From Eledone cirrhosa (lineage: Eukaryota), in NCBI GenBank assembly GCA_964016885.1, contig OZ024744.1, positions 125,984,001 through 126,048,000 on the forward strand: a stretch of DNA of 64,000 bases, written 5' to 3'. The notes beneath the pieces are model-generated. The model was not told the origin of the DNA and did not search any database. It was given only the letters and a program-made list of their open reading frames with translations. Made by a program: the position numbers and the translations under genes. The stretch's first letter is position 1. Each line of letters starts with the position of its first letter. Positions 1-12,190 of the stretch are shown in pieces.

Positions 1-200
1 AAAAGCACCCAGTCTACTCTGTAAAGTGGTCATGTAGGTGTCATGACAAATAGCACCCAGTCCACCCTGTAAAGTGTTCATGTAGGTGTCATGATGGAGA
101 GTAACCAGTCCACAATGTAAAGTAGCCATGTAGCTGTCACAACAAAGCACCCAGTCCACACTGTAAAGTGGTCATGTAGGTGTCATTTCAAAAAGCACCC
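1..200 (+). repeat. 48-bp minisatellite (end of array; full array at 48300-49070)
   Basis: Repeated aaagcacccagtccacactgtaaagtggtcatgtaggtgtcatgaca. Confidence 0.85.
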
Positions 201-279
201 AGGTCCATGGCTTGGCCTGCTAACCGACGCTATACCCAAGTCGGTCGCCATGCTTTCCAGCATAGAGTTACGTCTCTTT

Positions 280-432
280 ATGGTCTGAGTTCAAATCACG
301 CCGAGGTTAACTTTGCCTTTCATCCTTACGGGGTCGATAAAATAAAGCACCAGTAATGTACTGGGGTCGATTTAATCGACTTTCCCCTCCTCTGCCAAAT
401 GACACACACATGCATGGTTCGGGGGAACCTAC

Positions 433-484
<52 letters not shown>

Positions 485-590
485 GTAGGTCACTGGTTGA
501 GTCGGTATTAACCACAGTAACTAAGGTACTCAATACATATTAGATATAGGTGTCTTTCTAATTGCTGGCCTTGTTCATAAGGTATACACA
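280..590 (+). mobile_element. SINE (tRNA-related, cephalopod-like family) interrupted by (TA)n
   Basis: B-box-like gagttcaaatc followed by actttgcctttcatcc...ggggtcgataaa...accagt...actggggtcga. The same core recurs at ~11690, ~15100, ~23030 (-), ~23315 and ~44680 (-). Confidence 0.65.
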
Positions 591-1363
591 AGTATGATGT
601 GTGTCTGTTTAACTGTACGTGTGAAAACATCGCGAAATTGCGCCTTTTAATATTTGAATATAAACAGTTAAAAAATAATTATTTTAGTAATTTTTAAATA
701 TCGATAATGTGTATATAAATATTAGAAATCAATTTAATTAGTTCAGTAACATTACTCGGAGTTAAGATAAACCTTCATTTGAAGAAATTCGAGATTTGAC
801 CAAATAAATAGATTATGTGATCAATAAAAAAAATATGTATACGCGCTTGAACGACGGGTTGCAGACAGTCAGGCATACAGACACATATTTTAAAGCGTGC
901 GACGTTAAAAGTCTTACTCTCTCTCTTTTTAGATAGATAGACTTAATTAAAGCAGTTTCACTCTCTCTATATTTCATCAGCTCCCTCTCTCTTAAATTGA
1001 AAGATTCATTAAGGCTGAAATAATCTAAACAGTAACATCATTTTTCGCCAGCTCTAGCTTGCGTCCAGAGATATACACACACATATATATATATTTTTTT
1101 TGTTATCGAGTTGAGCTTTGCCAAGCATAGAATTCCAAATTTGACCATCTCCACTGAAAATGTTCGTGAAATAGTCTTTAAGAAGCAATTTAATTTTTTC
1201 CAACTGAAACTGTAAGTATTTTAAAATTTATTTCAACATGGTCTTAAAAGATTGTTGGCTTTTTTTAAATTCATAACTATTTACTATGAAATATAAATTA
1301 TTAAATCCAATTTATTTGATAACCATGATTTGATTTTATAATTACCTGAATCACGTTAACATG

Positions 1364-1408
<45 letters not shown>

Positions 1409-1659
1409 GTGTGTGTATATATATATATATATAATAATTGTTTCTACGTTACGCAGTGTATTACTGGTACTGTATTTTACGATATTAAATATTAAATATT
1501 AACTATTAGATATTAAATATTAAATATTAGATATTAGATATTAAATATTAAATATGATATCCCTGAAATATATATAATGAAATAAATATGGTTTTATAAA
1601 TGTAATTTCCATTTGTTTAATATCAAATATATATATATATATATATGTATTTATGTATA

Positions 1660-1703
<44 letters not shown>

Positions 1704-1929
1704 GCAGACACAGACACAGAATATCGTATATATCACACACACACAATTAAGACTTGACGTGTTGCAGACAGCCAGACATACAGAGAGATATTTTAAAGCG
1801 TGCGACCTTACATGCCTTACTCTTTCTCTTATCAAAAGAGAAAGAGTAATGCTAACACTTACGTCTACTTCACGCTCTCTTGAACCGTTACAGAAATTGC
1901 ATCACATCTAATTATAACTTTGTACGTTT

Positions 1930-2342
<413 letters not shown>

Positions 2343-2614
2343 TAATAATAATAATGAAATGATTGTGTACAGTGCTCAGGTGCACTACAACTCATCAAAG
2401 GTGCATGTATAGTACATAGAATAATGTACAAATGTCAGGAAAATAAACAGTGTATGAGTCATGATATAATAACAATAACAATAATGAAATATTGTGCACT
2501 GCCCAGGTGCACCACAACCCATCAAAAAAGTGCATGTACAGTACATAGGGCAATGCACAAACATCAGTAAAATGAACAGTGCACACATGTGTGCATGTGT
2601 ATGGAAGGGGCACA

Positions 2615-4570
2615 TCAGGTGTAGTTTTGGCGTATTTCGGGAAGCATGAGTGTCTTAAAGGATGCAGTGTCTCGGCAGCTAACAATTGACGCAGGCAGTT
2701 TGTTCCATGTTTCAGCAACTCTGAGCGTGAAAAAATGTCTGCGAAAGTCATGGGAGCTGTGCTGTTTTCTTATCTTGTAGGCATGTCCACGTGTGTTAGA
2801 CACATGGAGATCAAAGAGGCGCTCAGGGTTGCAGTTGGCGAGATGGTTAAAAACTTTGTGGGTATTCACCAAGTCCACTGCCAGATGTCGGAGCTTCAAT
2901 GAATCCATGCCCAGGGAAGCAAGGCGTTCAGAGTATGGTAGGTGTCTGATGGAGGGTATGCGCTTGGTTGCACGTCTCTGAACAGCTTCCAGGAGGTCAA
3001 TGTTCCGAGCAAGATAGGGGTTCCAGACTGATGATGCGAATTCCAAGTGTGGTCGCACCATAGCTGTATACAGTTTTAAATAGATGGCTGGAGAGCGGCT
3101 AACAAAGGTCTTGCTGAGTGATGCCAAGACACCCTCGGCCTTCTTGACAATCTTAGAGACATGCTTTGTCCAACGCAAATCGTTGCCGACAGTAATGCCC
3201 AGGTCACGTTCACAAGAGGACTTTTTGATGTCAGTGTTGTGGAGGGAGTATGTGGACGCTGGATTTTTCCTTCCAAAATGCATGGTGGTACACTTGTCCA
3301 CAGCCAGCTTCAGTTGCCAGTCTGTGATCCATTGCTGCATTGTGTCCAGGTCTGATTTTAGGAAAGAGTTGTAAATTTCAGGATCAGTCCTTTTGATTTC
3401 AAGGTACAGCTTGATGTCATCTGCATATTTTAGTACCGTGGCATTCTGTAAGTTGGCATCTATGTCATTAATATATGCCACAAACAAAAGAGGACCAAGA
3501 ACAGATCCCTGTGGTACACCAGATGACATCTCATATGGTGAAGAATGCTGTCCTAGAACCGTGACTACTTTCCTTCGGCTGAGAATGAAGGATTTCAGCC
3601 AGTCGAAAAGATCATCCCTCACACCCATTGCAGAGAGTTTTGCCATAAGTCTTTTGTGTGGCACAGAATTAAAAGCCTTAGCAAAGTCAAGGTAAACAAC
3701 ATCCACCCATGAGCCGCTGTCAGTGATCCGGGTGATGTCCTCAAGGAACTCGATAAGCTGATCACAGCAGCTGGAGTTAGGGATAAATCCAAACTGTGAG
3801 GGCCGGATGAGGCTGTGAGAGCTCCAGAAGTTCCAAAGTGTTTCTCTGACACAGGATTCCATCAGTTTGGCCATACAGCTAGTAAGACTGACTGGACGAT
3901 AGTTGACAGGTGACATGCGGTTGCCCTTTTTGAACAGGGGAATGACACTGGCAGTTTTCCACTGCTCCGGAGTAGCACCATTGCTGAGACAGTATTGAAA
4001 GAAAAAAGAAAGCTGGCGCAAAAGGAAATCCCCGCCACGTTTGAGAAGCAGGTATGTCACACCATCAAGACCAGGGGAGGCATAGTTGCGCTTATTCTTA
4101 AGGTGACGTCGCAACATTGCAGGTGTAAATTCCATAGTTGTTATGGAATTTGATGTTAGAGATGGTGGAGATGGTACATTCTGGTTTTCAACAGTAAAAA
4201 TACTTGCATAGCACTCAGCAATGAGTTCTGCGCATTCCTTGGGATCGTCAGTGATCTGGCTTGTGTGGGGATTGCGAAGAGGACCAACTGGAGAGTGAGG
4301 TCTCTGCTTTGAATGAACATATTTCCAGAACACCTTACTGTCAGGATTGGTTGCGATGCACTGTTCAAATTCAAGCACTGCCTTCTTTGTCACTTGCTTG
4401 AGATGGTTAGAAGATTTATTCCGCTTTTTTCTGTTGGCATCTGATCTATGCAGTTTATATTCCCGTTCAGCGTTCCGACGTTCTTTCCTGGCAAGTCGGA
4501 CTGCTGAAGTTTCCCAGATTGCACTTTTGGGGTGGTTATTTTTTCCGCTTCCGTGGCACTGATGCTGCAC
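2615..4570 (-). CDS. LINE ORF2 reverse transcriptase part (CR1-like)
   Basis: 651-aa ORF with PGLDG, NYRPVSLTS, SQFGF, YLDFAKAFNSVPH, GVPQGSVLGPLLF, YADD and a CR1-type C-terminus TRGH...RRHFFTLRVAETWNKLP. Confidence 0.95.
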   Translation of the reverse strand: MQHQCHGSGKNNHPKSAIWETSAVRLARKERRNAEREYKLHRSDANRKKRNKSSNHLKQVTKKAVLEFEQCIATNPDSKVFWKYVHSKQRPHSPVGPLRNPHTSQITDDPKECAELIAECYASIFTVENQNVPSPPSLTSNSITTMEFTPAMLRRHLKNKRNYASPGLDGVTYLLLKRGGDFLLRQLSFFFQYCLSNGATPEQWKTASVIPLFKKGNRMSPVNYRPVSLTSCMAKLMESCVRETLWNFWSSHSLIRPSQFGFIPNSSCCDQLIEFLEDITRITDSGSWVDVVYLDFAKAFNSVPHKRLMAKLSAMGVRDDLFDWLKSFILSRRKVVTVLGQHSSPYEMSSGVPQGSVLGPLLFVAYINDIDANLQNATVLKYADDIKLYLEIKRTDPEIYNSFLKSDLDTMQQWITDWQLKLAVDKCTTMHFGRKNPASTYSLHNTDIKKSSCERDLGITVGNDLRWTKHVSKIVKKAEGVLASLSKTFVSRSPAIYLKLYTAMVRPHLEFASSVWNPYLARNIDLLEAVQRRATKRIPSIRHLPYSERLASLGMDSLKLRHLAVDLVNTHKVFNHLANCNPERLFDLHVSNTRGHAYKIRKQHSSHDFRRHFFTLRVAETWNKLPASIVSCRDTASFKTLMLPEIRQNYT

Positions 4571-5381
4571 ACGCTATCCATATTGAGTCCAGGATGCTCT
4601 GGAGTATAGAGTTCACATCTCCAGAGTTATACATCTCATGCCAGTTTGGGCGCTGTAGCTCAGTGCAGTACAAGTTCCAATCCGCCCTCTTCCAATCAAA
4701 GCAAGCAGATTGGAGATGGCTCTGGTTTTTGTTGCTGCCCTCAAGTGCCAGATTGGCAATGATCATAGCATGATCAGAGTCGCCTAGAGGTTCCTCAGTA
4801 GTACAACTGATAACCACTTCAGGAGTAGTGGTGAAGATCAGGTCCAAAGTGTTGTCACCTCTTGTTGGAGAGGTGACTACTTGTGACCAGTTTGAGTCCA
4901 GCACTAGTTCAAGGAAATCGTTTGCACCCTGTGGCCAACGAAAGGTTTCCCAATCGATCTCAGGATGATTGAAGTCACCTGCAATAAACACATAAGTGGC
5001 TGTTTTCTTGGCAGCAACTCTGAGGATATCGCAAAGCTGTGTGTCCTGATGGTAGTTTGGGGGGCGATAAACAACACCAAGCAGAAGTGTTGACATGGTC
5101 ATACGTATGTCACAGAAAAAAACTTCTTCCTGTGATTCGTTCAAATCAACGCAAGGAATTACCGAAAAGTTTGAACGAACGTAGACCATCACACCACCAC
5201 CACGGCGGTTAATGCGGTCCTTGCGGAAAAGGTTGTACCCAGTAATGGTGAAAACCCCATCACAGAGTAAGGAATGTGCCCATGTTTCCGTGACTGTGAT
5301 GAAGTCAGGGTCGATGCTTCTGACGTAGGATTCGAACAGATGTATCTTGTTGCATAAACTGCGAGCATTTAAGGACAACAA
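4536..5381 (-). CDS. LINE ORF2 apurinic-like endonuclease part (one-base frameshift from the RT part)
   Basis: 281-aa ORF with LNARS, VTETW, RKDR..RRGGGV, VYRPP, GDFN, TRGDNTLDLIF, SDH motifs. Confidence 0.92.
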   Translation of the reverse strand: MLSLNARSLCNKIHLFESYVRSIDPDFITVTETWAHSLLCDGVFTITGYNLFRKDRINRRGGGVMVYVRSNFSVIPCVDLNESQEEVFFCDIRMTMSTLLLGVVYRPPNYHQDTQLCDILRVAAKKTATYVFIAGDFNHPEIDWETFRWPQGANDFLELVLDSNWSQVVTSPTRGDNTLDLIFTTTPEVVISCTTEEPLGDSDHAMIIANLALEGSNKNQSHLQSACFDWKRADWNLYCTELQRPNWHEMYNSGDVNSILQSILDSIWIACAASVPRKRKK

Positions 5382-5592
5382 TTTGTACCCTGCTCGCAGT
5401 CTATGATGGTGTGTAGAGGGTGGCAGGTTGTTCTGGTTTAGTTTCCCAGAGTTGTAGCAGTTTTTACATTGCCAGTTATTGTGGGTAGATCACACTCAGA
5501 CCAGCTGGTATCTCTCTTCCACGTTTCACCCGCCTTGACAAACCTCCAGATCTGCCCATCATCACGCAGACTGAAACTTTCATCTTGTGCTG

Positions 5593-5655
5593 TATATATA
5601 TATATATACACACGTGTGTGTGTATTTATGTATATATATATATATACACACACAC

Positions 5656-5697
<42 letters not shown>

Positions 5698-5814
5698 GTG
5701 TGTGTGTGTATATATATTTATATATATATACACACACGTGTGTGTGTATATATATATATATATATACACGTGTGTGTGTATTTATATATATATATATATA
5801 CACACACACGTGTG

Positions 5815-5845
<31 letters not shown>

Positions 5846-5866
5846 GTGTGTGTATATATATATATC
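5593..5866. repeat. Compound (TA)n/CACACGTGTG microsatellite, right part
   Basis: Same composition as 1930-2342. Confidence 0.9.
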
Positions 5867-5869
5867 TGT

Positions 5870-6234
5870 CTCTCTCCCTGTCTCTCACTCTCCCTCTATC
5901 CCCCCTCTCTCTCTCTGTCTCTCTCTCCCCCCCCCCTCTCTCTCTCTAGTAGTAGAGAGAGACAAAGAGAGAGAGATATAAACGTATAACCCTAACCAAA
6001 CCCTAACCCAACCCTAACCCCAACCCTAACCCTAACCTAACCCTAACCCATCTCTCTCTCTCTCTCACCCCCTCTCTCTCTCTCTAGTAGTAGAGAGAGA
6101 GACAAAGAGAGAGAGAGATATAAACGTATAACCCTAACCCAACCCTAACCTCTCTCTCTCTTCTCTCTCTCTCTCTCCCCTCTCTCTCTCTATTCCCCCC
6201 TCTCTATTCCCCCCCCCCCTCTCTCTCTAGTAGT

Positions 6235-6265
<31 letters not shown>

Positions 6266-6348
6266 TATAAACGTATAACCCTAACCCAACCCTAACCCTA
6301 ACCCAACCCCAACCCTAACCCATCTCTCTCTCTCTCTCTCTCTCTCTC
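5870..6348. repeat. Composite repeat: (CT)n-TAGTAGTA-(GA)n-TATAAACGTAT-(CCCTAA-like)n, 3 modules
   Basis: Modules start near 5940, 6075 and 6220, each ending in degenerate AACCCT repeats. Copy B has about 5 modules (51130-51820). Confidence 0.85.
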
Positions 6349-6489
6349 TTTGTTTTTAACATTGTTTTGTTTTTCTTTTCTTTTCTTATTCAGATGACAA
6401 ACGGCAGAGGATACAACAGAAGAAAAGAACAAAGATAATTATTATTATTATTACTATTATTATTTGTTTTATTATAATCAAAATATGCT

Positions 6490-7205
6490 GTTAGTTAGAT
6501 CTGCATTGCGTACATTTTATATAATTTATGCCAGTTCCTTTTCTGCATATCGAACATGGCCATTTCCCTGACGGAATAGAGTTTTGTCCTCTTTCGTGAC
6601 ACAAAGTACAGCCAGCGGCATCATTGCGGACAGACTTAATCCCGAATTGCACTGACACACTGCCTCGCAATACGGAACACCGCACGTCTTTGATCTTCTT
6701 CCCGTCGATCAGCCTCCTTGCCATGCTAAGTACACCTGACGTCTAGCTTCTCTCTTAGCGGCGGCTTTATATTCTTCTCTACTCCCACTAATTTTCCAAG
6801 CATTCCATGCTAGCCTTTAGTCTCCAATGGCCCGATCTACCGTGCTGTCCCACCACCATGTCACTCTCTGTCTGGTTGGAACTCTGATCCAGCCACAAGT
6901 TTAATCAGTAGCCTGCAATAAGTTGTCACATAAGAAAATCGAGTTCTCATGTATGTCATACGACTGTGAATCGTCTTCTTTTTCGTCATACACATATTGA
7001 AGGGCTTTCCTAAATTTCTATTTTAGTGAAATCTCTTTTAGCTTCCAGACCTTTCTTTTTTCCACATCTTCCTGTATGTCTCAATCATACCTGGAGCTGT
7101 CCAACATGACCATTGAAATCCCCTGCTAGCATAACGATGTCTCCGTCCTGTCATTGTGGCTGTTTGTAAAAATTGCTTGTAAATGAAGTCTTTCTTTTCT
7201 TTACC
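6490..7205 (-). mobile_element. Degraded RTE-clade LINE fragments
   Basis: Translation includes GKWPCSICRKG..INYIKCTQC, also seen in the RT-containing fragment at 14330-14540. Many stops/frameshifts. Confidence 0.7.
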
Positions 7206-7259
7206 TAGCAGAAGCAATTAACACTAACCCAACTGTAACACTAACCCTAACACTAACTT

Positions 7260-7545
7260 ATGCAGGCCTAGGTAAAGACAAGAAAGATAAAACAAGGAGT
7301 GATGCTTCTTGAATTTTGTGATGCAAGTGTTTTAACCATTTGCAAAACCAACTTCCACAAACCTGCCTCACTGCCGCCTAATAACCTACAAATCAGGCAA
7401 GCACAGAAGCCGGATTTCTCGGTAGTTAGGCAGCGAGACAGACAGATGGGGTGTGAAGTACCAGGGTGTGCCCCGGGGAGGAATGTTTCCCACAGCGTGG
7501 GTTGGTTGTTGGTGATGTCTCGGTTATCTTGAGACGGAGTGAGAC
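7260..7545 (+). mobile_element. RTE-clade LINE endonuclease fragment
   Basis: LLEFCDASVLTICKTNFHK resembles the RTE APE LLEFC...L.I.NT.F.K motif. Confidence 0.6.
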
Positions 7546-7924
7546 GTGCAGGAATACTCTCACGGAATCGCCAAATGAGGTTTATTTTTCAACATAGTCC
7601 CTGGAATGAAACAATGTGGTTATTAAGAAGAATTGAAATTAATGTAAGATTTCACAGATCTATGATCAATCCTTCACAGTCAGCTTACAAAGTTTTCAGC
7701 CAAACCTTGTGTATTTCCAACATTTCAAACCCTATCTAGGACTACATTATCTAATGTACAGTACAGTAGTTAGTATTAGTGGCTATCAGACATAGTGTAT
7801 CTAAATGCAACATTTTTAACATTGTTTTTTTTTTCTTTTCTTTTCTTTTCTTATTCAGATGACAGACGGCAGAGGATACAATAGAAGAAAAGAACAATGA
7901 TAATTATTATTATTATTATTGTTG

Positions 7925-8322
7925 TTATTCCTTGAATCTCAGTCATTGATGTTGGTTAACTGGAAAGTCCGTTGGAATGAATATCAAGCCACTACCTGCA
8001 GCCTCAGATATTCAGGACGTATCGGAGGGTTCTTGCTGTTCCAAGCAAGCATGCCTTTTGAAGCGTTCCAAAAAGCGTGAAGGGGCCGATTTTCTTTAAC
8101 CATCCCTGGAAACTTTTGGAGATGGACAAAAAACTGGAACACAATAGACCTGACCTGGTGGTTGTGGACAAAGAAAAAAGATCGTGTCTGATTGTGGATG
8201 TGGCCTGCCCGTTCAACACGAGAGTGCAAGAGAAGGAGAGGGAGAAAATTAACCGATACCAGGACCTAAAGTGGGAGGTGAAAAGGATTTGGAACTTCCA
8301 TGAAGTCAAAGTGATCCCGATT
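7925..8322 (-). mobile_element. R4/Dong-like RLE non-LTR retrotransposon 3' end with an inverted 5' segment, inserted in (TAA)n
   Basis: + strand ~8125-8322 encodes HNRPDLVVVDK...IVDVACP...EKINRYQDL (PD-(D/E)xK-type RLE). Minus strand ~8004-8125 encodes the C-terminal LQKACLLGTARTLRYVL. Flanked by (TTA)n on both sides. Confidence 0.8.
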
Positions 8323-8323
8323 G

Positions 8324-8361
<38 letters not shown>

Positions 8362-8389
8362 TATTATTTGTTTTATTATAATCAAAATA

Positions 8390-8925
8390 TGCTGTTAGTT
8401 AGATCTGCATTGTGTACATTTTATATAATTTATGCCAGTTCCTTTTCTACATATCGAACATGGCCATTTCCCTGACGGAATAGAGTTTTGTCCTCTTTTC
8501 TACTCATCAACACTCATTCGTGACACAAAGTACAGCCAGCGGCATCATTGCGGACAGACTTAATCCTGATTTGCACTGACACACTGCCTCGCAATACGGA
8601 ACACCGCACGTCTTTGATCTTCTTCCCGTCGATCAGCCTCCTTGCCATGCAAAGTACACCTGACGTCTAGCTTCTCTCTTAGCGGCGGCGGCTGTATATT
8701 CTTCTCTACTCCCACTAATTTTCCAAGCATTCCATGCTAGTCTTTAGTCTCCAATGGCCCGATCTACAGTTTCTGTCTCAACTCGTCTATGCTTGGTCGT
8801 TCCCGCACATTGACATTGCACATCCAACGGAGCATGCTTGCTTCATTTCTCTCCAGCCGTCGCATGTCCTCTGCAGTTGCTGCCCGTGTCTCACTACCAT
8901 GCAGCATCGCGCATCTAAACCTGGC
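8390..8925 (-). mobile_element. RTE-clade LINE fragments
   Basis: MLHGSET.A.TAEDMRRLERNEASMLRWMCNV is a typical RTE post-RT region. 8390-8768 duplicates 6490-6840. Confidence 0.8.
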
Positions 8926-8957
8926 CCTTACCCTAACCCCAACCTCTTTGGTTTTCG

Positions 8958-9795
8958 TTTTCTCGACGGCTAGCCGCATTTCGTGATCCGCCTTTCGATT
9001 GCGCTTCCGTCGCGGCAAAAGAATTGCCTTTCCAGACCGCCGTCGCCCGACCGGACCCATGATAGAAGACGTTCGTTACCGTTGGAGCAACGCAAATTAC
9101 TCCTCGGTTGACGCCAAAAACGAACGCCTTCCCGCCTCGCGCCGCCTTCTCCTCGCCGACCCTCGGCCTCGACGATTAGCCACTTTCCGTCACAGCAGTA
9201 GATACGCGTCCGTCGTAATAGCCGTCATTTTAACGCAGGAGAAACGCCTAATTGCCCTGCACCGCGTTTGACGGCGATCTACGACGGCGACGATGCGCGC
9301 ACTCTTCCTTGCTGCGACGAAGGTTTCGGCTTTTCGTCGTGGACCCGGTCAGGTCATGCCGCTGACCTCGCGTTACGGCGACGCGAGAAGACGTTCGTTA
9401 CCGCTGGAGCAACGCAAATTACTCCTCGGTTGACGCCAAAAACGAACGCCTCGCGCCGCCGCTTCCTCCTCGGCCTCGACGATTAGCCGCTTTCCGTCAC
9501 AGCAGTAGATACGCGTCCATCGTAATAGCCGTCATTTTAACGCAGGAGAAACGCCTTGACGACGATATACGACGGGTCGACGACGCGCGCACTCTTTCTG
9601 CTGCGACGAAGGTTTTGGCTTTTCGTTGTGGACCCGGTCGGGTCATGCCTCTGACCTTGCGTTGCGTCGCCACCGCCGCGGCGGGCTTGGGTTTAGCCGT
9701 AGCTACCCTCGTTTTGCCAACGGCGACGCGAGAAGATGTTCGTTACCGCTGGAGCAACGCAAATTACTCCTCGGATGAGGCCAAAAACGAACGCT
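8958..9795 (+). repeat. Diverged paralog of the 172-bp repeat and ETS-like leader, without 18S
   Basis: Shares ttctcgacggctagccgcatttcgtgatccg, gttcgttaccgctggagcaacgcaaattactcctcgg (x3) and ccgtcacagcagtag...gcgacgaagg blocks with 15911-17194. Confidence 0.85.
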
Positions 9796-9873
9796 GAAGA
9801 GATATTGTCCATGGATATCGGGAATTTTACCCGCCCTAGATAGATAGATAGATAGGGATGTATGTATGTATGT

Positions 9874-9915
<42 letters not shown>

Positions 9916-10294
9916 GTATGTATCTTTCTCATTCTCTCTGTATGTATGTATGTATGTATATATATATAATTATATATTTATAGACATCCTGAAAGCTTTT
10001 TAAATGTCTGAGAGATTGGCTAAATATGTTTTGCAGGTATGACCAGTAAGAGAGAGGTAAGTTATTTCAAAACAATTCTTTGACCATTATTTTAAGGTAC
10101 TATCTCAGTGTATTTTTAAATTGACCTCTTGATAGGATGAAATGACCTGTATAATTTTTTTCATATTTAGATGGAATAGAAGAAAAACAAGAAAAATGAA
10201 ATGAATTCAAACAGAAAATATACACCAATGCCAATGGAGGTATGATTTCAGTTTAATCTTAACCTAATGACCACTTTACAGAGTGTACTGGATA

Positions 10295-10377
<83 letters not shown>

Positions 10378-10829
10378 AGGAAGCTCCAACCGTTAAGGTT
10401 GTCTTTCCATTTATTAATATATTGTGTATTTACTCCACTAAACTGTTGAGTGCTTTATATCAGTTATAAAAAAATTTCAGCTTGTTGAATCCCAAAATAG
10501 TTGTTGAAACAGCCACAGCTCAGCCGTCGGGGTCCTGAATATTTATCATATATATATACGTATGAGTGTGTGTGTTTTGAGAATTAATAATTATATAAAC
10601 AAGTTTGTAATGAACAATTTATTTCTTATCAAAACTGTATAAACATGATATTATTTACAGTAAGAATAACAATAATAATGATGGTTTCTAGTAAAGGTGG
10701 AAGGCCAGTAATTTGGGGGAGGGGAAAGTTGATTAAATCGAAGAGAGAAAGAAAGAAAAAACAGAACGGGAAGGAGAGGGGATGGCAAGAGGTCCGGTGT
10801 CGCAGGAGAGAGGGGAGGGTGGTTGAGCT

Positions 10830-11320
10830 TTGAGTCTAGGGCAAGAGGGCAGAAATGCTGCGCCCCACGGATAAGACGGCAAAAATATTCTCGCGGACGA
10901 TGGCCAGAGATACCCAATGCAACAACCACCCAACCTCGCGGTGTTCCCTCCTCAGATGGGCTGCTGACTCTCCGATCTTTTGGAGGAGCTCGGCAGTACA
11001 AGGTCCAAGTACTCCTGGGGTCTCGACGTTGACTGGTGCAGAGAGGAAGTGGCCGGACAATCCTCGGTATTTGTTTATTTTACGTTCTTCTGCGAGGTGG
11101 GCTGCGATGCCGGGGTTTGTGACCGAAACGACTTGGAAACGAAGTTGTAGGCGGAGATTGTGTCGTAGCTGGTGGTGTCCCAGATGAGGGACCTACGTCC
11201 TTCGAATGGGAAGAGAGTGATTCCGTCGGGGCGCTTGCCATCTCCGGGACCTGTTGGCCCCAGTTGTGATGGGAAGCCAGCTGCGTCCAGGCTTCTTCTC
11301 AATATGTCGTTGACAACGAC
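10830..11320 (-). mobile_element. CRE-like RLE non-LTR retrotransposon 3' fragment
   Basis: Frameshifted pieces RRSLDAAGFPS...DGKRPDGITLFPFEGRRSLIWDTT and PVNVETPGVLGP...WVSLAIVREN match CRE-type endonuclease C-termini. Confidence 0.75.
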
Positions 11321-11864
11321 GTGTATCTATTCAATAATTATTTGAATATTGAAATTTTAGGTTTAACTACCTTTTAAACCAAATACATTAAGAAAGGCAT
11401 GACCAACACCACATCATTTTTATTTCTATTTTGAAAGTAGGTTTATAAGTATTAAATTTCAGTAGATTCTTATATCCTTCATGGTGGTCTGGTGGGAGAT
11501 ACGAGAGATGGTGGAGGTTCTGGTCTGGGGTTCAATCCTGCTCAGGAGATACTCTAAGGGGGTTCATACTAAACTTCTTCAGTGTTTCTTATCTCTAGAG
11601 ACAAATATATATACATAAGGTAATCTGGTAAAGTTGTTAGAACATCACATAGAATTCTTTGTAGTATTTTTTCCAGTTCTTCAATCTGAGTTCAACTTTA
11701 CTTTTCTTCCATTCGGGGTTGATAATAACGTACCAGTCAAATACTAGGGGTTAATTCTTCCTCTATATCTCTTTCTCACTCTCTGTCTGTTTTATTAAGA
11801 CCTGGAGAGGTGATGTACTCTACCAGGTTTTATAATGAGTGATGGGGTCATACCTGCCTGCTAC

Positions 11865-12190
11865 ACCTCTGTGTACTAAGTGTAGCATATTATATCCTTG
11901 TTCAGGGCCTTCCTGACATTACTGTGTACTAAGGGTAGCATTTTATATCCTTGTTCAGGGCCATCTTAACATTGCTGTGTACTAAGTGTAGCATATTATA
12001 TCCTTGTTCGGGGCCTTCCTGACATTAGTGTGTACTGAGTGTAGATTTTAACATCCTTGTTCTGGGCCTTCCTAACATTACTGTGTACTGAGTGTAGATT
12101 TTAACATCTTTGTTCAGAGCCTTCCTTACATTACTGTGTACTAAGTGTAGCATTTCATATACTTGTTCTGGGCCTTCCTAACGTTACTGT
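11865..12190 (+). repeat. ~53-bp minisatellite, ~6 copies
   Basis: Repeated ctgtgtactaagtgtagcatattatatccttgttcagggccttcctgacatta. Confidence 0.85.

Larger units (their letters stand above)
2343..5592 (-). mobile_element. Non-LTR retrotransposon, CR1/L2 group, 5'-truncated (APE+RT, end of ORF1, 3'UTR with (ATT)n tail)
   Basis: APE and RT ORFs on the minus strand, (ATT)n tail at ~2343-2356, duplicated ~127-bp 3'UTR segment, a putative ORF1 C-terminus ending ...TTLGN* at 5438. Absent from copy B. Confidence 0.93.

Noticed and set aside
280-330. tRNA gene
   Set aside because: Only a B-box-like motif in a SINE; no cloverleaf could be formed.
7925-11320. R2 element explaining the rDNA disruption
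   Set aside because: The RLE fragments look R4/Dong-like and CRE-like and lie outside rRNA sequence, not at the 28S R2 site.
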